From assembly GCA_963830415.1 (NCBI GenBank), contig CAWHMG010000004.1:13436-77435 (forward strand): DNA of 64,000 nt, given 5' to 3'. Of this stretch, positions 46,165 through 55,167 are shown piece after piece. How positions within the stretch are numbered: position 1 is the first letter of the stretch; every line of letters begins with the position of its first letter. The notes under the pieces were generated by a model. That model saw only the letters and a program-made list of their open reading frames with translations. It ran no database searches and had not been told where the DNA came from. The position numbers and the translations under genes are program-made. This stretch comes from Terriglobia bacterium (GTDB lineage: Bacteria > Acidobacteriota > Terriglobia > Bryobacterales > Bryobacteraceae).

Positions 46165-48255
46165 TTATTCTTCATCTTCGAAGGGCGCGTGAGTCTTGGC
46201 GGCAGCGATGATCTTTTCGGCTTGCGCTCCCGGCACATAATCGTAATGATCGAATTCCATGTGGAAAGAGGCGCGGCCTTGTGTCTTCGAGATCAGGTCG
46301 TTCTGGTAATTCAGCATCTCCGACATCGGGACAAGGGCCCGGATAGATTGCATGTTGCCGTTCAGGTCCATGCCGGCGACGCGGCCGCGGCGGCCATTAA
46401 AGTCGCTCATCAAATCGCCTGCGAAATCGCCGGGAGTTTCCACCTCGACTTTCATGATCGGCTCGAGCAGCGCGGGCTTGGCCTGTTGCATAGCGGCGCG
46501 AAACGCTTTACGTCCGGCCAGCTTGAAAGCCATTTCGGACGAATCGACATCGTGATAAGAGCCGTCGTAAAGAGTCACCCTGAAATCGGTTACTGGAAAG
46601 CCCGCGATGAACCCGCGCTCGGCTGCTTCCAGAATGCCTTTCTCCACCGCGGGTACAAACTGCCGCGGAATCGCGCCGCCGAAGATATCGTTCACGAACT
46701 GAAACTTTTCCCCACGAGCGAGCGGCTCGATTTTGATCCAGCAATCGCCGAATTGTCCGTGGCCGCCAGTCTGCTTCTTGTGACGGCCTTGCACGCTGGC
46801 GCTGCCGCGGACGGTTTCACGGTATGGGATTTTCGGCGACTTCAACTCGACTTCCACGCCATAGCGCCGCTTCAGGCGGCTGACTACAATCTCGAGATGC
46901 TGCTGTCCGTTGCCGGCTAGCAGAAACTCTTTTGTCAGTGTGTCGCGATAGAAGCGCAGAGAACGATCTTCCTCCAGGATCTTGGCGAGAGCAGTGCTCA
47001 GCCGGTCCTCATCATTGCGCGTTTTGGCCAAGATGGCGTAGGAGATGGAAGGCTCGGGAATACTCACCCCATGGAAGACTACGCAGTTAACCTTCTCGCA
47101 AAGCGTGTCACTGGTTAGCGTGTCCTTGAGTTTAGAAACTACTCCGATATCGCCCGCCCGAAGCTCCGGAACGGGCTGCATGCTCTTGCCGAACGGTACG
47201 GCAATATGCGCCAGACGCTCGTTTACGTTCGACCGCTGATTTGTAAGGTGAGCATCTTCCTTCAACGAACCCGACATGACTTTGAAGTAAGACAAGCGTC
47301 CGGCGAAGGGATCAGCCGCGGTTTTGAACACGAATAGCGATGGGGGCTCATTCGGAGCAACTGCCTTCGTTACCTCACTGCCGTTCTGGGTGGCTGGGAC
47401 ACCGGGTCGCTGCAAAGGCGAAGGAAAAATCTCCCCGATGAAATTCAGCAAGACATCTGACCCGATATTTTGAGCGGACGATGCACACAGGATCGGAAAG
47501 ATGCGCCGATTACCGATCGCTTCCTGCAGACCGCTCACAATGTGTTCGACCGGAAGAGTCCCCGTGGCAAAGAATTCCTCCATCAACTCATCGTTGCCCT
47601 CGGCGATCATCTCGATAAGCGCCTCATGACCTGCCGTAGCAGCCTCCTTTTCGGAATCAGGGATATCGCCCTCCACGCCGCGGCCGTTAGCTCCCGGCTT
47701 GTAAGAGATGCACTGCATCCTGATCAGGTCGATAATCCCAGTGAAGCTTTTCTCCGACCCTAGTGGCAGGTGAACCGGGACAGCCGCCCTGCCGAAGCGC
47801 TCATGTATGCTCTCCACGACGCGCTCGAACGAGGAACGTTCGCGATCCAGCTTATTCACCACGAGCGCAGCAGCTAGGCTAAAGTCTTTAGCGAACCCCC
47901 AGACTTTCTCTGTCGAAACTTCAATGCCGGCAACGCCATCCAGAACCACCAGAGCGGCATCCGCGGCAACCAGTGCAGACCGGCTCTCGTTCAGGAAAAT
48001 GTTGTAGCCAGGTGTATCGATCAGATTGATTTTGGATTTTTGCCAGGGAAGTGCCGCCAGCGCCGCACTGATGCTGAGCTTTCTCGCGATCTCCTCTTCA
48101 TCGAAATCGGTCGTGGCGTTCCCGTCGTCTGGCTTTTGATGACGCTCGGTGGCGCCGCCGGTAAACAGCATGGCCGAAGCCAGCGAAGTTTTGCCGCAGT
48201 GACCGTGTCCAATCAGAGCCACGTTCCGGATGTCGGAACTCTCGAACACCTTCAT
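46165..48255 (-). CDS. elongation factor G paralog (EF-G-like GTPase)
   Basis: G1 IGHGHCGKTS, G3 DTPGYNIF, G4 VVNKLD, and EF-G domains II-V by length and pattern. Start ATG 48255 is preceded by GGGAGGA. Not in an rpsL-rpsG-fusA-tuf context. Confidence 0.85.
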   Translation of the reverse strand: MKVFESSDIRNVALIGHGHCGKTSLASAMLFTGGATERHQKPDDGNATTDFDEEEIARKLSISAALAALPWQKSKINLIDTPGYNIFLNESRSALVAADAALVVLDGVAGIEVSTEKVWGFAKDFSLAAALVVNKLDRERSSFERVVESIHERFGRAAVPVHLPLGSEKSFTGIIDLIRMQCISYKPGANGRGVEGDIPDSEKEAATAGHEALIEMIAEGNDELMEEFFATGTLPVEHIVSGLQEAIGNRRIFPILCASSAQNIGSDVLLNFIGEIFPSPLQRPGVPATQNGSEVTKAVAPNEPPSLFVFKTAADPFAGRLSYFKVMSGSLKEDAHLTNQRSNVNERLAHIAVPFGKSMQPVPELRAGDIGVVSKLKDTLTSDTLCEKVNCVVFHGVSIPEPSISYAILAKTRNDEDRLSTALAKILEEDRSLRFYRDTLTKEFLLAGNGQQHLEIVVSRLKRRYGVEVELKSPKIPYRETVRGSASVQGRHKKQTGGHGQFGDCWIKIEPLARGEKFQFVNDIFGGAIPRQFVPAVEKGILEAAERGFIAGFPVTDFRVTLYDGSYHDVDSSEMAFKLAGRKAFRAAMQQAKPALLEPIMKVEVETPGDFAGDLMSDFNGRRGRVAGMDLNGNMQSIRALVPMSEMLNYQNDLISKTQGRASFHMEFDHYDYVPGAQAEKIIAAAKTHAPFEDEE

Positions 48256-48374
48256 GCCTGGTCCTCCCAAATACAGCTGCAGCGGCCACCAGTAAAGTGG
48301 CCGAAGCCGAGAGCATATCAAAGACAAAATTTGGAATTCAGGAAGCTACAGGAGAGCGAAGCTAGGCCAGCGTT

Positions 48375-49127
48375 TCAGGCGGTCTGACGGGACGCCGCGA
48401 CATCGCTTTCGACGTCGATGATCGGATTATAAGTCAATATGCGACCGCAGCTTTCGCATTGCATGATCTTGTCTCCGCGGCGCAAATCCTGAAAAAACTG
48501 CGGCCTAAGCGAAATCTGGCAAGCGCTACAGCGTCCATCGGTGGCATCGGCGATCGGTGTGTTTCTAGTCTTCTTACGAATCCGCTCGTATTCTTTGTAG
48601 AACACGGGACTCACCTCGGCGGCGACAGCTTTTCTCTGTTCCGTTTCCGTCGCGAGTTGCTTTTGATCGGCCGCGGTGCGTTCGCGTGCGTGCACTTTCT
48701 CGCGGTCGACGTGGTGCTTTTCCTCACCGAGGTGACTTTCAGCGGCGTTGACGTTCTTGTCGAGTGGCTCCGACTGCTCCATCAAGTCGAGAATCCTGTC
48801 CTCCGACTTGCGAATCTCGCCTTCGGCGTACGCGATCTCGTTCTGGAAAGCTTTGTATTGCTCGTTGGTCTTGGCGCCGAGCATCTGGTTTTTCAGCTTC
48901 GAGATTTGTGCATCGTGCACCTGGATATCGGCTTCGAGTTTTTTGCGGTCGCGCTGATTGGCCGCCAGCGCAGCACGGTCCGCTTCCAGGCGCCGCGTAT
49001 GCGACTCCAGCTTTCTTTCAATCTCAGTGATGTGTCTGGGAAGGGTCGCGATCTCGTTCTCGAGGCTTGCGATTTTCCGGTCAAGCGCCTGAAGACGCAG
49101 CGCGAGAGCCAGGTCCTGCAGCATCAA
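48375..49127 (-). CDS. coiled-coil + C4 zinc-ribbon protein (DUF164 / COG1579 type)
   Basis: Long heptad-rich N-terminus, then GRCSACQISLRPQ...MQCESCGRIL. Confidence 0.75.
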   Translation of the reverse strand: MMLQDLALALRLQALDRKIASLENEIATLPRHITEIERKLESHTRRLEADRAALAANQRDRKKLEADIQVHDAQISKLKNQMLGAKTNEQYKAFQNEIAYAEGEIRKSEDRILDLMEQSEPLDKNVNAAESHLGEEKHHVDREKVHARERTAADQKQLATETEQRKAVAAEVSPVFYKEYERIRKKTRNTPIADATDGRCSACQISLRPQFFQDLRRGDKIMQCESCGRILTYNPIIDVESDVAASRQTA

Positions 49128-50539
49128 TCTCGGATTTTAGCATGCGTTCGGCCGTATGACTCCAGAAAGTGTGCGATCGTCCTGATTCCTTCGTAATAAT
49201 TAGTGATACGGTATTTCTCGTTCGGCGAATGCAGACCGTCATCGGGCAAGCCAAACCCCATCAGCACCGTGGGAATTTTGAGGTACTTGGCGAATTCGCC
49301 CACAATCGGTATGGAACCTCCGCTGCGAATGAATACCGTGGGTTTGCCAAGCATCTCACTGAAGGCTTGCGCCGCCACCTGAATGGCAGCATCCTCGGGG
49401 TCGACTGAAATGGCCGGCCCGGCGCTCAGAACGCGCACGGCGGTTGTGACGCCCTTAGGCGTGTTGTCGTTTACCCACTGCTTTACAACTCTCAGAACAT
49501 GCTCTGGATTCTGTTTCGGGACCAGCCTGAGGCTTACCTTTGCGACCGCTTTCGCCGGTATAACAGTCTTTGCACCGGCGCCAGTGAAGCCGCCCGCAAT
49601 GCCGTGTACTTCAAAGGTGGGTCGCGCCCAGACGCGCGCGAGGACCGGTTGCTCAGGCTCGCCGGTGAGCGCTGTCGATCCAACCTCCGCTTGCAGAAAT
49701 TCTTCTTCAGAGAAAGGAAGCCTTCGCCAGCTTTCGATTTCGGCCGGCGCTGGAGCCGCCACATCGTCGTAAATTCCAGGAATCTGGATATGACCCTGCG
49801 CATCTTTCGCCTTGGCGAGCAGTTCGATCAATCCATAAACCGCGTTGGGCGCTGCGCCGCCATACATTCCCGAATGCAAATCGCGAGCCGGGCCGCTAGC
49901 CTCAATCTCGAGGTATATCAAGCCGCGCAGACCGATGCATAAGGTCGGAACGCCGTCCGCGAAAAGCTCAGTATCCGAGACGAGCGCGACGTCCGCTTTG
50001 AGCTTGTCCTTGTGCTCAGAAACGTACTTCGAGATCGACTCGCCACCCACTTCTTCTTCGCCCTCGATCAAAAACTTAAGGTTGACCGGCAGCTTGCCGC
50101 CCGAAACGGCCCGCAACGCCTCGACGGCTTTGACGTGCATGTACATCTGCCCTTTGTCGTCGCAGGCTCCCCGCGCGTAAATATTGCCATCGCGAATACT
50201 CGGTTCAAACGGCGGCGTCTTCCAAAGTTCAAGAGGGTCTGGTGGCTGTACGTCGTAATGGCCGTAGCAGAGAACAGTAGGCTTGCCGGGCGCGTGTAGC
50301 CAGTCTGCATAGACGAGCGGGTGCTTGCCTGTCGGAATTGCTTCTACATTTTCCATGCCCGCGCTCTTGAGCGCGTCCGCAACAAACTGGGCAGCTCGCG
50401 CAACGTCGGTTTTGTGCTCCGGTAAGGTGCTGACGCTCGGTATACGCAAAAGCTCGAGCAGCTCCTCGAGGAAAGGCGATTCGTGTTCAGCTACGAATTG
50501 ATCGACAGAAGAGGGCAAACCAGATATCCTTCGCTTCAA
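49124..50539 (-). CDS. M20-family dipeptidase / peptidase
   Basis: LCYGHYDVQPPDP, ARGACDDKG, IEGEEEVGG. The stop overlaps the downstream start by 4 nt. Confidence 0.85.
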   Translation of the reverse strand: MKRRISGLPSSVDQFVAEHESPFLEELLELLRIPSVSTLPEHKTDVARAAQFVADALKSAGMENVEAIPTGKHPLVYADWLHAPGKPTVLCYGHYDVQPPDPLELWKTPPFEPSIRDGNIYARGACDDKGQMYMHVKAVEALRAVSGGKLPVNLKFLIEGEEEVGGESISKYVSEHKDKLKADVALVSDTELFADGVPTLCIGLRGLIYLEIEASGPARDLHSGMYGGAAPNAVYGLIELLAKAKDAQGHIQIPGIYDDVAAPAPAEIESWRRLPFSEEEFLQAEVGSTALTGEPEQPVLARVWARPTFEVHGIAGGFTGAGAKTVIPAKAVAKVSLRLVPKQNPEHVLRVVKQWVNDNTPKGVTTAVRVLSAGPAISVDPEDAAIQVAAQAFSEMLGKPTVFIRSGGSIPIVGEFAKYLKIPTVLMGFGLPDDGLHSPNEKYRITNYYEGIRTIAHFLESYGRTHAKIRD

Positions 50540-50551
50540 GTATACGGATGC

Positions 50552-52357
50552 TCAGGCCGACGCCCGAATAGAGAAAACCGCAACCGTTGAGAGCAGGTTC
50601 GCGAAGCGCCGGACCCGCCGGTTCTCGCTCAGAAAGAATTGTCTTTCTATCTCCCAACTCTGTGCGCGGCAAAGCAGGATGAAGTCGTCGATGGTTAGAA
50701 AGTGAAGATTAGGCGACTCATGCCATTCATGCGGAAAGAGCTTCGTGCGAGGCGCCCGGCCACTAGTGAGATGTGAGAGCCGCGTAGTCCAGTGGCCAAA
50801 ATTCGGGAAAGCGACGATGCCATGCTCTCCTACACGGAGCATCTCGCGCAGTACTGAAAGAGGGTAGCGAGTCTCTTGCAGCGTTTGGCTGAGAATGACA
50901 AAATCGAAAGCCTTGTCGGGGTAATCGGCCAGCCCGTGATCGATATCGCTCTGGTATGCCGAAACTCCGCGGGCGATGGCCCGGCGAACCTTGTTCGGGT
51001 CGATTTCCACACCCCTTGCTTCGACCCGCTTCTGTGCTTGCAGGGACGCCAACAATTCGCCTTCGCCGCAGCCAAGATCCAGCACACGCGAGCCAGGTTC
51101 CACCAGTCCAGCGATCATGGCGTAATCGGGACGCGTACTGATTGACGCCTCGACTTCTTGCAGGTCCGCCTTTCGAAGCACCGCAGCCTCGACATCCCCT
51201 GAGCGCTTGAATGCCCGGCTTTGCGGAGCCGCGGAATCGCGGCTGACGCTGGTCAAGAAACCGGCGACCATTTCGCTCTGCTCTTTCGTCTCGAGCAGAA
51301 ACGCGTCGTGCCCGTAATTCGAATTCAACTCGCAAAAGGCTACGTCGATATTGCGGCTCCGCAAGGCACTGACCGTTTCGAGAGATTGATAAGTGGGATA
51401 GAGCCAATCGGAGGTAAAGCTAAGTACCAGAAAACGAGCACGCGTACAATCGAAAGCGCTGGCAAGCGAAGTCCGCGAGGCAGATAGATCGAAATAATCC
51501 ATCGCCTTAGTGATGTATAAGTAAGAGTTCGCGTCGAAGCGAGTTACAAATTGACTGCCGCGATAGCGCAGGTAACTCTCCACTTCGAAATCGACAGAGA
51601 AATCGAAGCCAAACACATCTTTATCGCGCAGACGCCTGCCAAACTTCTGCCGCATGGAGGCATCACTCATGTAGGTGATGTGGCCGACCATGCGCGCAAC
51701 CGACAGACCCCGGCCGGGCGGCGGCCCGTCGTAGTAATCGCCCTCATTCCAGTCCGGATCGGACATGACCGCCTGCCGGCCCACCTCGTTGAAAGCGATT
51801 TGCTGGGCGCTGTGCCTGGAAGTAGCGGCAATCGGGATCGCGGCCTGCACAGATTCCGGATAAGCTACAGTCCATTCGAGTGCCTGCATGCCGCCCATGG
51901 AACCCCCGGCCACCGCGAGCAAGCGCTCGATGCCGAGATGGTCGACAAGCATTTTTTGGAGCCGCACCATGTCGCCGATTGTGATGACGGGGAAATGCAT
52001 GCCGTACGGCTTGCCGGTCGTGTGATCGATAGAGCTGGGACCCGTAGTGCCGCGGCACCCGCCAAGCACGTTGGATGAGATAACGAAATATCGATTGGTA
52101 TCGAAGGCGAGCCCAGGACCAATCATCTGTGACCACCAGCCAGGCTGGCCCGATTCTTTGCTGACGCCTGCAGCGTGGGCATCGCCGGAGAACGCGTGCA
52201 GCACCAGAATTGCGTTAGAGCGGTCGGCGTTGAGAGTCCCGTAGGTCTCATAAGCGACGTCAACTTGTATTAGAGTTACGCCGCAATCGAGCGCCAGTGC
52301 AGGGAAACTTGCAATCTGAGTTTCGACTGTAAATTCAATTTCCGTCGAAGTGGGCAT
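50552..52357 (-). CDS. metX: fused homoserine O-acetyltransferase (MetX) - MetW protein
   Basis: MetX part: ILVLHAFSGDAH, nucleophile elbow GGSMGGMQALEW, ...NYGHDAFL. MetW part: RPDYAMIAGLVEPGSRVLDLGCGEGELL...LSQTLQETRYP...VAFPNFGHW. Start set at ATG 52357 (MPTSTEIEF). Confidence 0.85.
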   Translation of the reverse strand: MPTSTEIEFTVETQIASFPALALDCGVTLIQVDVAYETYGTLNADRSNAILVLHAFSGDAHAAGVSKESGQPGWWSQMIGPGLAFDTNRYFVISSNVLGGCRGTTGPSSIDHTTGKPYGMHFPVITIGDMVRLQKMLVDHLGIERLLAVAGGSMGGMQALEWTVAYPESVQAAIPIAATSRHSAQQIAFNEVGRQAVMSDPDWNEGDYYDGPPPGRGLSVARMVGHITYMSDASMRQKFGRRLRDKDVFGFDFSVDFEVESYLRYRGSQFVTRFDANSYLYITKAMDYFDLSASRTSLASAFDCTRARFLVLSFTSDWLYPTYQSLETVSALRSRNIDVAFCELNSNYGHDAFLLETKEQSEMVAGFLTSVSRDSAAPQSRAFKRSGDVEAAVLRKADLQEVEASISTRPDYAMIAGLVEPGSRVLDLGCGEGELLASLQAQKRVEARGVEIDPNKVRRAIARGVSAYQSDIDHGLADYPDKAFDFVILSQTLQETRYPLSVLREMLRVGEHGIVAFPNFGHWTTRLSHLTSGRAPRTKLFPHEWHESPNLHFLTIDDFILLCRAQSWEIERQFFLSENRRVRRFANLLSTVAVFSIRASA

Positions 52358-52413
52358 GAGCGCAGGCAGCGCGTAGGTGCTGACTTGCACGATAACATGT
52401 AGCGGGGTAAACC

Positions 52414-52932
52414 TTGCTATCAATCTTGTTGTTGGCTTTTGCATCTATGAAGCTTGAGCCTCAAGCCGCGGCGGTCCCGAACGCAGTTTATGCACCACTG
52501 TGGCTGTACAACGGTAGCTGGAAGGTCTCAAAGAAGGATCTGGTTGCAAAGGCAAAGCCGGACGAACTGCTCAATCAGTGCGCGCTGGTGGGCAAGTATT
52601 TCACCTGCCAACAGACAGTCAATGGCGTGCCGAGCGAGTTGCTTGTTTTTTTGCCGGCAAAAACAGCGGGGCAGTATTACACGCAATCCATCATGTCGGA
52701 CGGACGCGCAGGCGGACGCGGCGACCTGGCCATTGATGGCGACGTGTGGACTTACTTGAGCAACTGGAACCAGGGCGGAAAGACTATCTTCTACCGCACC
52801 ATCAACGTATTTTCCGGTAAGGACCGAATTCATTACGAGCAGCAGGAATCAACGAACAACAAAGATTGGAAAACGACGGGCTCAGGCGACGAGGTGAGGA
52901 CCGCTGCAGGCAAAATGACCGTGGCGCGCTGA
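52414..52932 (+). CDS. small secreted hypothetical protein
   Basis: Signal-like MLSILLLAFASM and a beta-rich body. No motif recognised; the start is uncertain. Confidence 0.45.
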   Translation: MLSILLLAFASMKLEPQAAAVPNAVYAPLWLYNGSWKVSKKDLVAKAKPDELLNQCALVGKYFTCQQTVNGVPSELLVFLPAKTAGQYYTQSIMSDGRAGGRGDLAIDGDVWTYLSNWNQGGKTIFYRTINVFSGKDRIHYEQQESTNNKDWKTTGSGDEVRTAAGKMTVAR

Positions 52933-52937
52933 AGCTG

Positions 52938-53792
52938 CTACTTGCGCCGCAAGAGAAGGCATACCAGGCCAGCAATCAAGCTGACCGCGAAGCCTGCGAC
53001 AGCATCGGCCGTGTAGTGATAGCGGCCGTAAACTGTTGCGATCGAAACACTGATCGCGAAGACCAGAAGGCCCCAACCGATCCCCTTGTTCCGCGGTAGC
53101 ACCAGGAACATGGCCCAGGCAGAGGAGAAGGCTGCGGAAACGTGCGCGCTCGGAAAAACGCCCGAGTGAATGCTGGCATTTCTCAACAGAAACAGATTGA
53201 AGCGGCGAAACACGTCATGCGTAACAGGCAACTGCATTCCTGGAAAGACAATGCGCGGCGGCCGGCTGGGAAAGTACGGAAAAAGCGCATAAGCGAGCAG
53301 CGTTCCGGTCAAGAGAACGACATAAAAGCGGTCGACATCTTGCCGCTGTGCTTTGATCCAGAGCACAATTACGCAGAAACTTCCAACCCCGTAGACCAGC
53401 AAATAACAAAGCTCGAGATAAGCCGGAATGAGCGGGCCCAGGCTCTCGATAGCGCGCCTAAAACCCCATTCGTGAAGCACGAGATTGTCCCATTTGATCC
53501 ACGTTTTTTCGAAACTGGAGTTGTAGATTCGTGGCACAAACAATTCCATCTCACGGAAAGCGCAGAGCGTGAGTGCCATCGGAATCCAGTCGCGGATCAT
53601 GCTGACCGCGTTGGCAAGGCGTGACCTCTCGGCCAGCGTGACCGAACAAAGTAGCAAGGCTATGAACAACAGCACGACGAAAGGCTGCAAGCCTAATCGT
53701 GGCCGGTCGCGGAAGAAGGGGACGAGCGCAGCGATGTACGCAAAAAACGCCAGGAGAATCCATTCGGATGCTCGCAGCCTGACTTTAGCCAT
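52938..53792 (-). CDS. PAP2-family membrane phosphatase
   Basis: Multi-TM protein with SGVFPSAHVSAAFS and YGRYHYTADAVAG (PAP2 motifs C2/C3-like). Confidence 0.7.
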   Translation of the reverse strand: MAKVRLRASEWILLAFFAYIAALVPFFRDRPRLGLQPFVVLLFIALLLCSVTLAERSRLANAVSMIRDWIPMALTLCAFREMELFVPRIYNSSFEKTWIKWDNLVLHEWGFRRAIESLGPLIPAYLELCYLLVYGVGSFCVIVLWIKAQRQDVDRFYVVLLTGTLLAYALFPYFPSRPPRIVFPGMQLPVTHDVFRRFNLFLLRNASIHSGVFPSAHVSAAFSSAWAMFLVLPRNKGIGWGLLVFAISVSIATVYGRYHYTADAVAGFAVSLIAGLVCLLLRRK

Positions 53793-53801
53793 TCTTTAGG
53801 T

Positions 53802-55079
53802 TCAAGTGGCGGCCGGCTTGCCAGTGCTCAGAGTGGATCGAAACGGTAAGGCGAGACCTGCCAGTAAACCCGCCCAGATTGCCCATTGGGTCAGGAAGTG
53901 ATGATTGATGAGGATGCCTGCTATAACCGGGGCCGTGATTTGCGCAACGGAAGTCAAGGATTGCGTTAGACCCAAGATAACTCCCTGCTCGCGCTTGCCA
54001 GCTTTCTGAGTGACCAGACTCGTGAGTGCCGGTCGAAGCCCAGCGCCACCGATTCCCGCTAGAGCGGTCACCCAAAGCAATTGCCCGATCGTGTACGTGA
54101 ATCCCGTGGCCGCATAGCCGATCATCGAAGTGAAGAAGCCTAGTTGGACTACACGCTTTTCCCCGATCGCTTTAACCAAACGTCCGACCACGCCGCCCTG
54201 CATGATGATCCCGATGAATCCATTGAATGCGAAGATATAGCCTACCTCGCGTACCCCCACTGGCCTTCCGTCCCAGAGATACCGGCGCTCGGCGAACAGG
54301 GCGAAGCCTGAAATGAAAGTCGAGAACGAGAGTGAAAACAGAAGCCATTGAATCAGTAAGCGCGCGAGCTCGGGATCTCGGAAATACCTGCGGTATTCGC
54401 CCCAGGAAATCAGCGACAGCCGTTTGCCTCCCGGGCCCGGGGCGACGGCGGTTTCGTCCTGAAGCTTGTGTGTCTCGCGCCTGGGAAGCAGAAAAAAGGT
54501 GCAAAGAATGCTAGTCAACGAAAGTGCCGAAGCTGTAAAAATCGGGGCGTTATAGCTGTAATGAGCGAGGAAGCCGGAGATCGCGGGTCCCACCAGGAAG
54601 CCGAATCCGAAAGCGACTCCAATGATGGCGAACGATTTGGCGCGCTCGTCTGGCTTCGTCACATCGCTGATATAGGCTTGCGCAATGCTGAGATTTCCGG
54701 CGGTCGCCCCGTCAATGGCGCGCGAGAGGAAAACCATCCAGATTTGAGTCGAGAAAGCGAGAATCAGAAAGCCTGCGAGCGTACCGGCCTGGCTGATTAA
54801 TAGGACAGGGCGGCGGCCGACGCGATCTGAAAACTGACCCAGGATCGGACCCGCGAGGAGTTGAAATGCGGCATAGATCGCGACGATCATCCCGACCACA
54901 GTAGGAGAAGCGCCCAAGCGCTCGGAGTAAAAGGGAAGCAGCGGCAGAATGATCGTGAAGCCGAGGACATCCACAAGCACGATCAGAAATATAGGCAGCA
55001 GGGCAGATGCAAGCCGTCTTTCGGGAGAGGTCTCGACGGAACCTCCACTCGGGGGCTTGGCAAGCTGTGCTCGATTCAC
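53802..55079 (-). CDS. MFS transporter (drug:H+ antiporter / TetA-like)
   Basis: Motif A GQFSDRVGRRPVLL; 12 TMs. Confidence 0.85.
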   Translation of the reverse strand: MNRAQLAKPPSGGSVETSPERRLASALLPIFLIVLVDVLGFTIILPLLPFYSERLGASPTVVGMIVAIYAAFQLLAGPILGQFSDRVGRRPVLLISQAGTLAGFLILAFSTQIWMVFLSRAIDGATAGNLSIAQAYISDVTKPDERAKSFAIIGVAFGFGFLVGPAISGFLAHYSYNAPIFTASALSLTSILCTFFLLPRRETHKLQDETAVAPGPGGKRLSLISWGEYRRYFRDPELARLLIQWLLFSLSFSTFISGFALFAERRYLWDGRPVGVREVGYIFAFNGFIGIIMQGGVVGRLVKAIGEKRVVQLGFFTSMIGYAATGFTYTIGQLLWVTALAGIGGAGLRPALTSLVTQKAGKREQGVILGLTQSLTSVAQITAPVIAGILINHHFLTQWAIWAGLLAGLALPFRSTLSTGKPAAT

Positions 55080-55167
55080 AACTCGATCTTAGCGACGACG
55101 TGGTCAGCGGGTCGCACAATGCGAAACTTAGAAGAGGGAGAGTTTGCGTGAAGAGGTCGATAAAGAT

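Noticed and set aside
46105-46920. 271-aa plus-strand ORF overlapping the glnE end and antisense to the EF-G paralog
   Set aside because: It is a shadow ORF opposite a strongly supported GTPase frame, with low-complexity composition.
52358-52413. Possible SAM riboswitch upstream of the metX-metW fusion
   Set aside because: Only about 56 nt are available before the divergent gene, and I see no SAM-I/II-like conserved segments.
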